Shown here one piece after another: positions 11,970-24,974 of a DNA stretch of 64,000 bases. Position 1 is the first letter of the stretch. The number at the start of each line of letters is the position of its first letter. Location of the stretch: the NCBI GenBank assembly GCA_013239625.1, contig MU056898.1, positions 1,455,717-1,519,716 of the forward strand. Reading direction: 5' to 3'. The position numbers and the translations under genes were made by a program. The notes below the pieces were generated by a model that did no database searches, was not told the origin of the DNA, and saw only the letters and a list, made by a program, of their open reading frames with translations. The stretch comes from Lama guanicoe (lineage: Eukaryota).

Positions 11970-12240
11970 CAGAGGCAGCCATGTGCATCTTTAGGTTCCA
12001 TGTCCTCAGATTTAACCAACCTCAGGTTGAAAACAGTTGGGGGAAAAAATTCCGGAAAATTCCAAAAAGCAAAACTTGAGTTTGCAACGTATCAGCAATG
12101 ATTTGCATGGCAATTACAGGTTAGTATGTGTTATAAATAGTCTAGCGATGATTTAAAGTACGTTGTGCAGGTGACATGCAAACACTGCTGTTTTATGTAA
12201 GGGACTCGAGCAGCCTCAGATGTTGGTGTCCGCAGAGGGC
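11970..12240. mobile_element. MER2-like (TcMar-Tigger) DNA transposon fragment
   Basis: 'aaattccaaaaagcaaaacttgagtttgc' and 'ttttatgtaagggactcgagcagcctcagatgttggtgtcc' resemble the MER2 consensus. Confidence 0.65.
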
Positions 12241-14502
12241 AGGCGGCTGTGTTTGTGTTGGTACCAGCAGGAGGAAGGTGGAGAGGATACAGGAAGCTAA
12301 AGAAAGGGGTGCCTTTGGTGGTCAGGGGTGGGTGGGGCGGGACCAGACACGAGATTTCCCCGTCAGACTCTTCATGCCGTTTCACCCGTCAGCCCTTGTA
12401 ATGTATTAGCTGTTCAAGACTATAAAATCAAATTAAAAATGAAATAAAGTGAAGGAGCCTCTGCTGACCTCACAGGACTCTCATGACGGTTCACTGTCTA
12501 AATGGCCACGAAGACCTTCGCACAGCGCCGGGTTCCTGGTTGGCCTTGATAAATGGTCCTTTTTTGAAGGCTTTATGACAGAGGCAGCGCTGGTTCCCCA
12601 GATAAACTGCTCCTCTTTGCCCTGGGAAGAGGCTTGTGACCATCGGGGCTGCCAGCCTAGGGTGAACAGGACCTGCCCTATCGCCCAGCTGGGCAAGGCT
12701 GGTTCTTGGGGAGGAGCCTGGGTCCCCCCTCCCCCTTGGAGGGTCCACCCTGCCCCTCCCTCCTTCCTGCCAGTCGGAGGAAAGGAATGCCAGAGGGCAG
12801 ACTCAGGTGGCTCTGGCCAAGGTCCAGGGAAAGGGAAGGACACTGATGCCCCTGAGAGTAGTCACTCTGCAGGGAAGGGGCAGTGTTCTCCCTGAAGGGG
12901 CCCCCAGCCGTCACTACCCCTATGCATCCTCACAACTGCCCCCAGGGCCCCTGACCCCAGAAGTGGGGGTGGGACCTGGGATGAGCTGGACCATGAGGAC
13001 ATCCTGCTGTGCGCCCCCCACCATGGCAGCCAAGTGGGGCTCTCTGGGAGCTGAAGGGCTGGGACTGGCACCCACGCCCTGTAAAGGGGCAGCCTTTGCA
13101 GGGGGGGTGTTTGCTGACCTGAGAGCAAATGGCTCATGCATCTTAGCACAGCTGGCAGCGTTGAGCACTGCCCTTCCCGCGTCCACGCCGGCCATGGCTG
13201 TCCTTTGAGATGAGGGACGTGGAGGGTCGGGGAGGAGGGACACTTGTCCAAGGTGGTGCGCGCCTGGCTGTGCAGGGCCAGGCCCAAGCCTCGGCCCCTG
13301 AGAGTGTCGCTGGCGCACCTGCTCTCAGGGCCCGGCTGGGCTGGAGCAGTCCCTCAGGAAAGCTTCTCTGGGCCAAGGGCCCTCCTGGGAGTGTGCGTGG
13401 TCCACCCCAGAAGTTGGAGGGAGACAAGCAGACAGAGGCCCCCAGCCACTGCCCCCACCCCTACAGGCTGGTCCTCCACCAGGAAGCAGTGAAGGTAGTG
13501 CAGGGGGCTATGGGGAGTGGCTGGGAGCCTCTGTCCCCAAGGGGTTTCCGGGGTGAAGGAGGCGGTCAGCTCAGCTGGGAGAAAAGCAAGTCTGGAAACT
13601 CTCAGTCTTGAACCAGTCCTTTCCTCCTCCAGCGCAGGGACAGGGCTCCTTGCGTCTCACATATGGCTGGGGGGCGGGGGATGGGGGGCAGAGAGGCCCT
13701 GGAGAGGGAGGAAGCAGGAGTTCAGCTTCCAGATGCTCCCCTGCCATCCATTGGCTTTGCGGCCATCCCTGAGTCTGGCTCCATGTCCCTAAACTGGGCG
13801 TAGGGTTGACTCAGGACCCAGCTGAGGGAGCTCACTGTAACATGCAGTGTCCCCAAGTGAGGGACTCCCGTGACGATGATGACAACGCTTATACATGCAT
13901 GTGTTATTAAGTAACAAGGCCGGTTTCCATTCACAACTTGAAAACAATTCTGTCAAGGTTCCTTCACCCCCAGTCCCCAGCCCGACTGCCTCTCCGTGTT
14001 CACTGGGCAACAGCCGTGCCCTCTGCACAGCGCCCCCTGGGGGAGGTCCCTGCTGATACTTGCAACCCATCAGCTGCCAGCGGACCAGTTGGGGAGGGCA
14101 CATGGGCTGTCCTCGCCGCGCCCAGGCCTGCAGCCACTGCCCCAACCCGGCACTGCACCCGCGGGTTACACAGACACAACAGGAGAGCTGGGCCCCGTGT
14201 TCTGGGGCGGGGGGCACTTGAGACCCAGGTAGTGGCAAACCCGCTTGCTCATGGCCACCGGTGTCTCACTGAACTCTCTCATCCCTGTGTCTGACGGCCT
14301 GTGACCCAAACCTGTGAATGACAAAGGAGAGGGCCAGCGGTGACCACAGCTCTGAGATGTCCTTTGCACCCTGGACACCTTGCCACGTGCCCCTGGGGCA
14401 GGACAGCCACATGCTGCGTACCCCCCTCCACCCCGGGAAACAGGCCTTCATTCTGCAAATAAACCCGCCATTTGTGCCTGCGGGACTTGGAGACCCTGCC
14501 AG

Positions 14503-15010
14503 CAGTGGTTCTCACCCCGGGGACACTCGGCAAGAAGACTGGAGACACTTTTGCGCTCTTGGTTGTCACGGCTTGGGCGGGATTAGGACCGTTGTCAGCA
14601 GTCTGTCTCTTGGTAATTACACTTGACTTTCGGATCCAAACAAAAAGAAGAAAATTTTTTTCCCAAGTTGTGTCTTTCCCTCTGGAATTGTAGTGAACAC
14701 AGTACTGGTACCTGTTTACGCTGCGATGTGGGTTTTGTTACAGAGGCTCTCTCCCTTGTTAAGCTGATGACGCCTCGTGAGTGTGTGTGTGATCTGCGAG
14801 AAACCCCTGCGGTTCAACCCGCTGATGCTGTCTGTCTGTTGAAGAATAAACTTTGAATGGTCCCTCCCCTCAGCCTTGCTAGTGGCATCTGGAGGATGAA
14901 GGCCAAGGATGCCGCTAAATGCCCCCCGGCACCCAGGATGGCCCCGCAGCAAAGAATTATCCCATCAGAAACGCAAATGGTGCTGTGGCTCAGACACGGC
15001 CCGGGGAAGT
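14503..15010 (+). mobile_element. MER20-like (hAT-Charlie) element split by a ~290-bp insert
   Basis: 5' part 'cagtggttctca...ctggagacacttttg...ggttgtcac' (14503-14582); 3' part 'tgctagtggcatctgg...ggccaaggatgccgctaaa...gcaaagaattatccc' (14877-15010). Confidence 0.7.
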
Positions 15011-15504
15011 TCAAGCCGCGGTGTGGCGGCCGTGTCCGCCCCCGCCCCTGCAGCAGCAGGGATATCAGTCACTGCATGTTTTGAGTCTTTCTCTGCCCCA
15101 GATGCCAGGTGAGGTCCTTAGCTGTGCCCATTAGACTCCTCTGAAGGACCCGCAGGTTAGCTCTGTCACCTCCAAGCTAAGGAGGACCCAGCACCAAGAC
15201 AGCACTGAGGTGTCTGCATGCAGTGAAACTGGGTTCAAGTGAAAGGCCTGTGCAGAGGTATTCATTCTGGCCTTATTTGTAATCTCCCCAAACCGAGACA
15301 ACCCACGTGTCCGCCAACTGGCAGGTAGAGCTGGTTCCCGGACGCTGTGATTGGCAGCAGCCAAAGCCTGGTTTCACGACGGTGGTGCGCTGTGTTTCCA
15401 GAGACGGCGGGGACAAGGCCTTCCACCAACAAGCAGAGTGTGTAACCTGGCCAGGCCTTGGTGACAGCCTAGGCCAACGGAGGGCGGAGGAAGAGACATT
15501 CCGT

Positions 15505-16465
15505 GCGGTCAGGGTTAGGCCATGAGACCAACTGTTTGGTTTTTCCAAATGCCAACCAGCCCTCCGGGGCTCCGGCCCCAGCTGGGTGTCCTGCGATTCA
15601 ACCAGTTCTGCCCCTAGCTCCCAGAGCCAGCGCACAGGTGAGGGCTTCGGCCCCCGAGGCCGCCCCCCAGGCTCGCTCCAAGTCCCAGGTCCCCAGGCTA
15701 ACCACACTTCTACTGGCCGACTACTAGTTGGGGAGTTCCCTTGACCCCTACCGCAGGTTCAACAAGCCACCATGACAGAGCAAAGCGCAGAACTCGGGAA
15801 GGCATCGTCCCCCGGAGGACGGTTGCATCGTAGAGGCTGCAGCTCCAGAACCGCCCTTCGGAAGGGAGGCTGAGGGTGAGGTGTCGGCAGAGGAGGGGCG
15901 GGGGCTGCAGAGCATCACGCCGTCTCCCCACATGGACGTGCTCACCAGCCCGGAAGCTCTCAGAACTTATCCCTTGAGACTTTTCATCAGTCACTACGCA
16001 GGCACTTGTGATTCAGTCACTGGCCACTGACGATTGGGCTCAGTCTCCAGGTGCCCCCCCACGGAGCCCTGAGTGGGCGGGTGGGGTGCAGTCTCTCATC
16101 GTGTGGTTGGTTCCTCTGGTGACCCGGCCCCTCAGCCTGGAGCTGTCTGGGCCCCAGCCGCTGCCCTGAGTCACCTGTTAGCATAAACTCAGGTGTGGTT
16201 GAAAGGGGCTTGTTGTTGGGGGAGGGTACTGCTCAGGGGAAGAGCCCACCTTAGCACGCATGGGGTCCTGGGTTCAATCCCAGTACCTCCTTTAAAAAAA
16301 ACAGTTAAAAAACAATGTAAAAAAAAAAAAAAGGCTTCTTGGGAATAACAAGACACCGCTATCCATCAGGAAGCGCCAAGGGCTCTGGGAGCTCTGTGCC
16401 GGGAACCCCGGACGGACTGTCGGCCACGGAGAGCCAAGCACAGAGGACCAAACCCTGCTTTATTT
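15505..16465. mobile_element. MER21-like solo LTR, interrupted by a SINE
   Basis: 'gcataaactcaggtgtggttgaaaggggcttgtt...gaataacaagacac...caggaagcgccaagggctctgggagctctgtgccgggaacc...gaccaaa' resembles the MER21 LTR end. Confidence 0.65.
16218..16332 (+). mobile_element. tRNA-derived SINE (Vic-1-like) nested in the LTR
   Basis: GGGGGAGGGTA head, GGTTCAATCCCAGTACCTCC, poly-A tail. Confidence 0.85.
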
Positions 16466-16484
16466 TTTTATTTAAAAACCTTGC

Positions 16485-16556
16485 AAGTGTTTTAATTGAC
16501 GTGTAGTTGATTGACTATGCTGTGTTAGTTGCTGGTGTCCAGCACAGCGGTGCATG
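16485..16556 (-). mobile_element. Short L1 3'-end fragment
   Basis: 'ttttaattgacgtgtagttgattgactatgctgtgttagttgctggtgtccagcacag' resembles the reverse complement of an L1 3' terminus. Confidence 0.55.
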
Positions 16557-17116
16557 AGTCCCTCTCACCGTGTCGTGTGGAGCAGCAGTGTGGCTCCAGC
16601 CCAGCTGTGTCCCTGCGGCTCCTGACCTGGGCACATGGGGCCATGCCGTGAGGGAGCTCGTGCCACGTCCCAGTGTCCCTGCCGAGGGCCCAGCCCACGC
16701 AGCACTGAGCACAGCGGGCCACGAGGATGCCCCCTTCCCAGCCCCCAACTCCATCTCCACCTGCCCTCCCTGCCCCACCCTCACCCCCAAGAACCGCCCA
16801 GCTGAGCCCAGTCCGCCCGACCAAGCCTCCTTGTGAATAAATTCAGGCTGTGAATGATCAGTGATCTGAGTGCCTGGGGGCTGGGCCCTCCTCTCCCTCC
16901 CCCGGCCTTTCCTCAGCCCGGGAACATCCGTCCCAACCTGGGAAAATCTGCCCCAACCCTGATTTCTGAGCCAAAATTTCGAACCCATGACATACTGTGC
17001 ATTCGTGAGGGTGCTAACTGAAGAAAAGCATTGACTGGAAAAAGTGCGGCTAGGGTGCGGGTTAGAATCTCTAGGACATTTATTTCCACGTATTTACTTT
17101 TAAGAAAAGTGTGTGA

Positions 17117-17222
17117 GGGTGGGTAGAGCCCAGAGGTGGAGCACGTGCTTAGCATGCACAAAGTCCTCGGTTCAATCCCTGGTACCTCCATTAAGGAAGA
17201 AAAGAAAAGGAAGGAAAAAAAG
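17117..17222 (+). mobile_element. tRNA-derived SINE (Vic-1-like)
   Basis: 'gagcacgtgcttagcatgcacaaagtcctcggttcaatccctggtacctcc' + A-rich tail; approximate TSD aaaagtgtgtgagg / aaaagtgcatgaagg. Confidence 0.85.
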
Positions 17223-19704
17223 TGCATGAAGGTGTGTCTCTAATTTTAAACCTAATACGTGGTCTTTGCAGGGAACTTGAACCAGCTGAAACAGGAAACA
17301 AAACCTCGTGGACCCCCCGACAGTGTGGGGGGGATTCTGATGGTGTGTAGGGACAGCGAGACGGAAGAGGTGGCGTCAGGGCTGCCCAGGACAGGCAGGG
17401 AGGCGCAGGGGGCACTGTTTCGGTGTCCTCACCCCTTCCCACCCCACTTAGCCCTAGGAGGGGAGAAAGATGGAGGGTCTTGGTCTGTTGCCCCCAGAGG
17501 AAGCACTGTGCCTGGCGAAGAGACCCTCCCCACCCAGGCCCCAGCACAGTCCCCCTGATGTCGGCTGTGACCCCTGCCCCACCAGCCCTTGACCTCAGCC
17601 CTCCTCCCCCTACCATGCCAACTGGTCCCTGGTGCCCCTGGGGCTGCCACCAGCCTCCTTAACGAGGAAACCCAGCCTCAGCCATTCCTGGGAGACCTTG
17701 GAATCTGCCGAGGTGCTGGGTGGCGGGGAGGTGGAGCTGGGCCTGGGGCTCCCTATGCCTTAGTCCACGGCCCCTTGCCCTGGTTCTCCAACTGTATTCC
17801 CTGGAACCCCAGGATGCCACAGAGGCGGGCCAGGCAGAGGGATCAGGGGCACCCAGCTTCTCTCCGCCCGGCTCTCCAGGGTTGACACGAGCCTCCTGCC
17901 CCCTGGAAGCCTCTCGAAGGCGTGGAAGCCACAGCATGTCACCAGGAGGACTGTGTTTCCGTCTTCCTGCTTTCCACCAGAGGTGGGCTCTGGGCTCCCC
18001 AGCCTGGCCCCGGGGGCCTAGGTGCTCAGGGTAGGGGCTGCTGAGCCCAGCGACGGCGGAGTGTGACCGGCCTTCGACCCGAACTGAACGGAGCGGGGCC
18101 CTGCGGCCGAGATGGGACATCGGCTCCCACCCCATCTGATCTCTGCTGGCACACCAGGGTCCAGGGAGGAAGTGAGCCCCTCCTCCAGGCAGCACGCTGG
18201 GGCCAGGCCTGCGCCAGGGCCTGCCCTCTCTGCCCCACCCCTCAAGCCTTCGGGGTGTGAGAGGGAGAAACTGAGGGCCCGGGGCCTCTAGGGGTCGGAG
18301 GCCTGGAGCCCCTCCCTGCTCAGCAGGCTCCCTGCTCCCACTTGCTCCCTTCCCGTGACAGGGGCTCATTTCCTCGGGAGCGGGCCCGTTCTATTTTCGG
18401 ACAATTGTTGGAAAGTGCTTCCCCACCTCCGGCCAAAGGCAGCCTCCCTGGTGGTTCCGCTCGCTGGCCAGGGTCTCGGATGTCCGCTCTCAGGAGATGG
18501 CTGCAGGCCCTGGGCAAGGAGTCATCGTCACCCAGCCCTGTGCAGGCCTCACCACGGCGGCGTCCCACGGGTGGCTTCCAGCATCAAACGCTCTGTCTGG
18601 GAATGTTTGTTAGCCGAGAGAATTCCCAAGACCTCCGCTTGCATGTCAGTGGGCTCCCAGCTGCCCCTGCCTGGGACGTGGTCATCCGAGTGCCCATGGC
18701 CCCTGACTCAGAGCTGAAGCCTAGTCAGGCACCGGGCTGGTGGGGCTGCCACGCGAATAAGGTGGCTTCTAAATTTAGCAGACAAGGTAGTTGGGAACCC
18801 ACTGGCCCCCAGCCCCCTGTGGTCGCTCCCCAGGGTGCCTCATCTCATGCTCCCCACACTGGGAGTGCTGGGAAGGGCCAGGCCTGGCTGGGCCAGGGAC
18901 CCTGACCCAGCCGAGGAGGCCTAAACCCAGGAGACGTGACGCAGGTTGGAGCCCAGCTCTGGAGCTCAGGCCTGCAGACGGGAGCAGCTGCTTCCTGGCC
19001 CAGAGGCCGTTAAACCACATGCTGCGGCAGCCCGCCCACCTCACTCTTCCCCCCTCGGGGCCTGGGCAGGCCCCTCTCACCTCTGTCCCCCACCTGCTGG
19101 CCACTCAGCCCCTGGCATCCGCAGCTTCCCTCTGCAGAGCCCGGGGGCCCATCGGAGGTGCGGCCCCTACACGCGCTCAGCAGGTCAGGGCCTGGAGGCC
19201 AGGGTTCTTGTGGAGGCCCTGGGTCACAGCAAAGGTGACCTGGGACTGTGGAGCACAGAGGCCTGGGCTTGCCTGCCCAGACACATCCCTCCAGGCTGAA
19301 CGTGATCATTACGCTTCTCCTCCGCGGTCTCCCTAGGCCCCAGGGCCTTACGCACTGCATGTCCGCACATCCCGCCACGCTGACTGAGCGGAGCCTGCGG
19401 CTCTGAGCCAGCAGGAGACACACAGCCTGGGAGCAGCGGGGGCGCATGTCAGGCAGGGGGAGACAGGCCGGATGGGAGGAGCAAACAGGTAAGCGACGGG
19501 ACCTGGGGGTGGGGCGAGGGTTCCTAAGGAGGTTTCCAAGGGCAGGGCAGACCCAGTGGGGACAAGGCCGTGGTTCTGGGGGCAAGGGTGGGGGTTCCTG
19601 GCACAGAAATAGCACAAGCCGAGGCCCTGAGACCAGAGGCAGGTGCTGGGACGGAGTGGGAGGGAGAGCGGCAGGTCACGCATACTGGGGTCTTCGGTAT
19701 GCAG

Positions 19705-20090
19705 CTGCCGTGGGCTAAAGGGAGGTCGCCAAACATGTCCACCCGGACCCTCAGGATGGACTTTGGGAAGTGCGCTCCTTGAGGATGTAATTCAGGTAAG
19801 GATCTCAACTGAGCTCATCCTGGATTAGGGTGGGCCCAAAACCCACTGGGAGAAAAGAGACACACAGAGAGAGGAGGCCCGGGGAGCTGGCGGCAGAGAC
19901 AGAGAACGTGGCCACCAGCCCAGGAGCCCAGAACCGCTAGGAGCTGGAAGAGGCAGGAGGGACCCTCCCTTAGGGCCTCTGTGGGAGTGCGGCCCCTTGA
20001 CACCTGACCTTGGACTTCCAGCCTCCAGGACCGTGGGAGTGGTGTCTGGTTTAGCCACCCGACCTGTGGTGTTTCCGCAGGAAGCTGATG
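19705..20090 (+). mobile_element. MLT1 (ERVL-MaLR) solo LTR
   Basis: 'gatgtaatt...atcctggattagggtgggccc...gagctggaagaggcagg...gacacctgaccttggacttccagcctccag' are MLT1 hallmarks. Confidence 0.75.
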
Positions 20091-21739
20091 CCGGGGGACT
20101 TGGGGAGGTCTGGAGACACCTGCGTCTTTGGGGAGCCTGAGGGATGCATATTCCTGGGCCTGCGCTGGGGCCCATGGACTCAGAGCTCTGCGTGGGCTGC
20201 CTTAGCGGCCCCTCCTCACCCCTCTGCAGCCTCCTCCTCTGTCTTGGACCAGGCGTGGCCAACTGGCTGGGTGGACAGGCAGCACTGTGGGGGACAGTCC
20301 TCCAATGAGGCCCACGCATCTGAGCATCTGAGACCCTGGGCTGCTGTGCCCCGGGACCCGCAAGGGAAAGATATGTCCACCTACCCCTCAACCTCCAGCC
20401 TCCAGGACCCCGACCCCAGCATCTGGGGCTCATCCAGAATGGTCAGGCAGGCCAGCTTTGTTCTGCAAGGGCCTTGCATGGTCCCTGGGGGGCACTCCCC
20501 TTGAGCGCAGCCACACTGGTGCACAGGTGGCCCAGGGGAGGGCACTGGCAGGAGAGTGGACACAGCCTGCCCTGGAAGGGGAACCCCGGAGGGCTTCACG
20601 GAGGAAGGGATGAAGCTGGGAGGCTGGGTTTTGAAGGAAGAAGAGGTTGTCCAGCGAGAAAGAAAATGGAGAACACATTCCAAGGAAGGGCCAATGCTGC
20701 AAATGCCAGGCTGGACTGTGCCTGTCCCGTCCTGGGACAGAAAGGGAGACTAGGACCCAGGTGGCCTCTGTGGGAGGGTCCCATGACAGCCTCCCCGCCC
20801 TGGGTAAACACACTCTTCTTCAGTCCCCAGTGGAAACTTTTTTTCTGGGACACTCACACAATCACAAAAATGAACCACACAGAGAGGGTGCCTTGCGCTG
20901 CCGGCCCTCCCCTGTAACCATGGAGACCACTGGGCGTATTTCTTTCCAGACTTTTTCTACTTTTAGAGAGATGTGGTCACTTCCTACGTCCTGGTGCACG
21001 GACAGCTTCTTTTCCTGAGCCATGATTGTGCAGTTTCACCACAGAAGGGTCCGTTTGGTTGGTCTTTTCACAGCAGCTTCTGAGAAGTGTGTTGTCTGGA
21101 TGCCTCATGGCTGCACTGAGCAGTCCAGGTTGCTGGACACTGGTCCTCCGAAAGGGTCAACCTGGGGCCTGCATTTCTGCAGATTTAGGGTCAAATCCTT
21201 AGAGCAGTGGCTGGGTCAGAGGTTGGCACAGCTCACAGAATGGTGGCTCCTGCTAGAAGTGCCCCGTTCCCCACAATGGGCATGCGTTCACACTGCACGA
21301 GAGTCAGCTGGAGGACCCCAGAGGAAGGCAGGCACTGGGCAGTCTTCGCTGGAATCTGGCCCTGGTTTGATGGCTGCCTTCCCACTGCTTCCTAGAACCC
21401 TGCTGTCTGCGGCAGCTGGCAGCCCAGCTCCCACTGGAAGGTCTGAAAAGAGGGTCTGCCCAGCACTAGCAGGGGAAGCCTTGATGGGGCAGGCTGGGGA
21501 GGCTGCCGGGAGCCTGATGCAGAGGGGGCATTTCTTGATGCCCCCACCCAAACTCACCCCCTGGCTGTCCGCCCACCCCCGTGTCCCTCCACCCATCTGT
21601 CCTCCCCATGCTGGTCTTCCCCTTTTAGGCGGTGGGTTCCACTCTTCACTCACTGACACTCCTCCCCCCTCAACCCTTCTCCATCGTTCACTCTTCTTCT
21701 CCACCCTCCTGCCCAGCCATCTGTAGCAGTTATTTATTC

Positions 21740-23040
21740 TTGTGTAACAAACAACCTCAACATTTGGTGACTCTGAAAAGTAAGATGTAGGGGAAGCGAG
21801 GAAGTGTTTAAAGAATGATGGAGTCCTGTCAAGAGAAGACAGGAACCAGCTTGATGGGGCCCCTACTGATTAAATCTAGGAAATCTGAGCATCACATAAA
21901 TAACCATAGTAAAGGAAGATATTCTGCTGAATAAAGAAAGAAGCCATGAGTCCAAACTGATGGGAAAAAATGAATAAATGCAAAAGACACTACTGCTCTT
22001 CCTGTTGCAGAAGGGGCATCAGAATGCCAGCTGAGAAACATGGAAGAAATGAGAAGAAGANNNNNNNNNNNNNNNNNNNNNNNNNNNNNNNNNNNNNNNN
22101 NNNNNNNNNNNNNNNNNNNNNNNNNNNNNNNNNNNNNNNNNNNNNNNNNNNNNNNNNNNNNNNNNNNNNNNNNNNNNNNNNNNNNNNNNNNNNNNNNNNN
22201 NNNNNNNNNNNNNNNNNNNNNNNNNNNNNNNNNNNNNNNNCTGACCAGGGAGCTGAAAAGCAAATTTGTGGGGGAAGAAACATTTACCCAGTCTCAAAGC
22301 TTATTTTTAATGCACTTCTTTGCTACAAAGGCAAAATGGTAACTTGAGAAAGAAGAAATCCAGCAGGCACCACCTTAACCAAATAATCAAACTAACTTTG
22401 TCCATAACGGGATAAGTTAACATCATGTACCTACTGATAAGATGTAATGAGAAGAATGTAGCATCACCATGGTATTCCTGCCAAAAGTGCATAACCTGGA
22501 CTAACTTGTGAGGCTGTACTGGACAAATCTGAATCGACAGGAATTCTGCAAAATAACAGACCTGGACGATTCCACGCTGTCAAGGTTGTGAACGACCAAG
22601 GAGGACTCAGGGACGGTTCTAGATGGAAGGGCCCCCAGGAGGCAGGGCAACAGAAGGCGTTGCAGGATCCTGGATGTCTCCCGTCATGACAGATGCTACT
22701 GGAACAACTGGCAAAGTCCCAACGGGACCTTAGACTAATGAAGAGCATTATTTTGATGTTAATTTCTTGATTTGATAGTTGAACTGTTGTTATGTAAGAG
22801 AATTCCTTGTTTTTAGAAAACATACACTCAAGTATTTAGGAACCAATTGGAATCTTCTGTAACTTATTCTTAAATGGTTTAGGAAGAAAAATTGGAACAG
22901 AGAGAAACAGGTAAAACAAAGACAGTAAGAAGTCAACCTTTGGGGCGCAGGGTGAAGGGTACATGGGAATTCTTTGTACTGTTCTCGCACATTTTCCACA
23001 AGTTTGAATTTCTGTCCAAAAAAGGTTTTTTAAATCTCCG
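21740..23040 (+). mobile_element. Old L1 (L1MC/L1MD-like 3' region) fragments spanning a gap
   Basis: AT-rich; 'catgtacctactgataagatg', 'ttttgatgttaatttcttgatttgatagttg', 'ggtgaagggtacatgggaattctttgtactgttctcgca...tttccacaagtttgaa'. Confidence 0.65.
22061..22240. other. Assembly gap (180 N)
   Basis: Run of N. Confidence 1.
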
Positions 23041-23419
23041 TGACTTACAGTCACAGCATCATCATTTGCTCCCAAGTCTGCAGTGTGGGCAGGGTTGTCT
23101 GCTCCTCGTGGCACTGGGTGGGATAGCTTCCCAGACGGCGCGCTCCATGGTGGCTGTGGGTGGGTGCTGGGGGGGGGGAGTTGGGCCTCAGCTCTTCTCC
23201 ACCTGGCCTCTCCATGGGGTGGCTGGGTTGCAAGTGCCACCATCCCCAGAGACAGGAAGTAGAAGCTGCCAGTCCTGGAAGCCCAGAAACAGGCACAGCG
23301 TCTTGTGTGCTGTGTTCTGGGGCCAAGTACCCACAGGCACCAGATTCAGGGGGAGCCATTAGAGACCCCGCCTCTCGACATCAGGGGTCTCCAGGATTGT
23401 GAGATCATGTTTCAAAAAT

Positions 23420-23715
23420 ACAGCTACTCTGTATCCACGACCCCCCACACTGCCCCCCAGGATACCAGAGGCTCAAGGCTCTTACATAAAACGGTGTGAT
23501 GTTCGCACGTGATCCCCACGACCCCCCGCGCTTTAATTCATCTCTGGATCACTCATGACACCTAACACGGCGTAAGTGCTCCGAGAAGAGTCGCCGGCAC
23601 GCAGCAGATTCAAGTCTTGCTTTTTGGAACTTTCTGGGAATGTTTTCAAATATTTTTTGGTCTGTGGTTGGTTAAATCTGTGAATGTGGTTCCTATGGAT
23701 ATGGGGTGCTTGACC
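23420..23715. mobile_element. MER2-like DNA transposon, opposite orientation to the 11970 copy
   Basis: 'gcagattcaagtcttgctttttggaactttctggg...ggttggttaaatctgtgaatgtggttcctatggatatgggg'. Confidence 0.65.
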
Positions 23716-23719
23716 ATCC

Positions 23720-24620
23720 AAATGGTGAAGGAAATGTTAATTCGCTGGGCTGTGGGGGTCACTTCACAATGTGTGTGTGTAGCACAAACTCGCCTCCTAC
23801 ACCTTAAACACTAGCATTTATCAGTTACACATCAGTAACAATGGAAAAAGTGTAAAGATTACTTTCTGCCAAAACCCCCTGCACAACACTCCCCCACCCA
23901 CACCTTCATCCATAACAGCTTTACTGAGGCAGAACCCACAAACCGACAGAGGCACGCTGCTGTACGTAAGGTGAACAGCAAGGACCTCCCGCACAGCGCA
24001 GGAGCGCGCTCAGCACCTGCAGGAGCCTGTGAGGCAAGAGACCCTGAACGCGCACAACTGAGCGCTTTGCTGTGCACCTGAAACTAATACTGTCAGTCAA
24101 TTACACCTCAATAAAAATTTAAAAACAAACAACTCAGAGACCACGAAGTTCATCCTCTTAAAGTGGCTTCTCGCATATTCAGTTATGTCCATCACCACTG
24201 AGTTCCAGAACACTCCCATTGCCCCAAGAGACACCCCGCGCCCACGAGCAGGCACCGCCATCTCCCTCCAGCCCCCTCGACCACTAACCTGCCTTCTGTC
24301 TCTGGGCCACCCCCCACCGCTTCCTGACGTCTCACATAAAGGGAACCACACGGGGCGTGGCCTTCGGCAGCTGGCTTCTCTCACTGAGCACCTTGTTTTC
24401 AAGGCCCGTCCAGGCTGCAGTGAGTGTCCGTGCTTCCTTCCGTCCGGCGGCCGGACCTCATCCCGCTGCGTGGGTGACGTGCCCTGACTTACAGAGCCGT
24501 CCATCTACCACTTGATGGACACTTGCTCCCACCCTTGGCTGTCGCGACGACCGACGCACTGGGAGCGTGGGCTGCAGGCATGTGTCCCAGTACCAGCTCC
24601 GTGCTCTTGCCCACAGCCCT
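23720..24620. mobile_element. Nested L1 3'-end fragments (L1MB-like minus-strand copy with plus-strand L1 tails)
   Basis: 'cacctgaaactaatact...caattacacctcaataaaaatttaaaaa'; 'ccactaacctgccttctgtctct...ctggcttctctcactgagca...ttcaaggcccgtcca'. Confidence 0.6.
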
Positions 24621-24974
24621 GGAGGAGACTGCGGGGGGCGGGGGTGGGGGGCCGTGCTAACGCAGGGTCAGCCAGCCGGCCCCACAGTGACGTTTTCTGT
24701 CCCAGTGAAGAGCTCACCTGTCACTCTCGAGTCTTCAGTCACCAAGTACTCTCGGCTCTGTGCCCGCCCGGCCCTGGGGTCCCAGAGTTCCCCAGCGGGC
24801 GGAGGCTGCAGCGGGGAGGGGGACAGGGACCACATTCAGGGACTTGAGTCTCGGTGGCTTGAAGCCTATGAGGCCCCTGCCGTCATGCCTCCGGTGGCCT
24901 CTGCCCTGGGAACCTCATGCCCTGGCCCCTCCCTGCCCACAAGGCAGATGAGCTGCACTCAGGGTTGGGGGGAC

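Noticed and set aside
17117-17195. tRNA-like sequences (also at 10602 and 16218)
   Set aside because: A/B boxes are degenerate and followed by A-rich tails and TSD-like flanks, so these are SINEs rather than tRNA genes.
10311-18424. Similar GAAAG(G)TGCTTCCCC strings at ~10311 and ~18411 as NF-kB sites
   Set aside because: Imperfect kB consensus, only two copies; compatible with chance.
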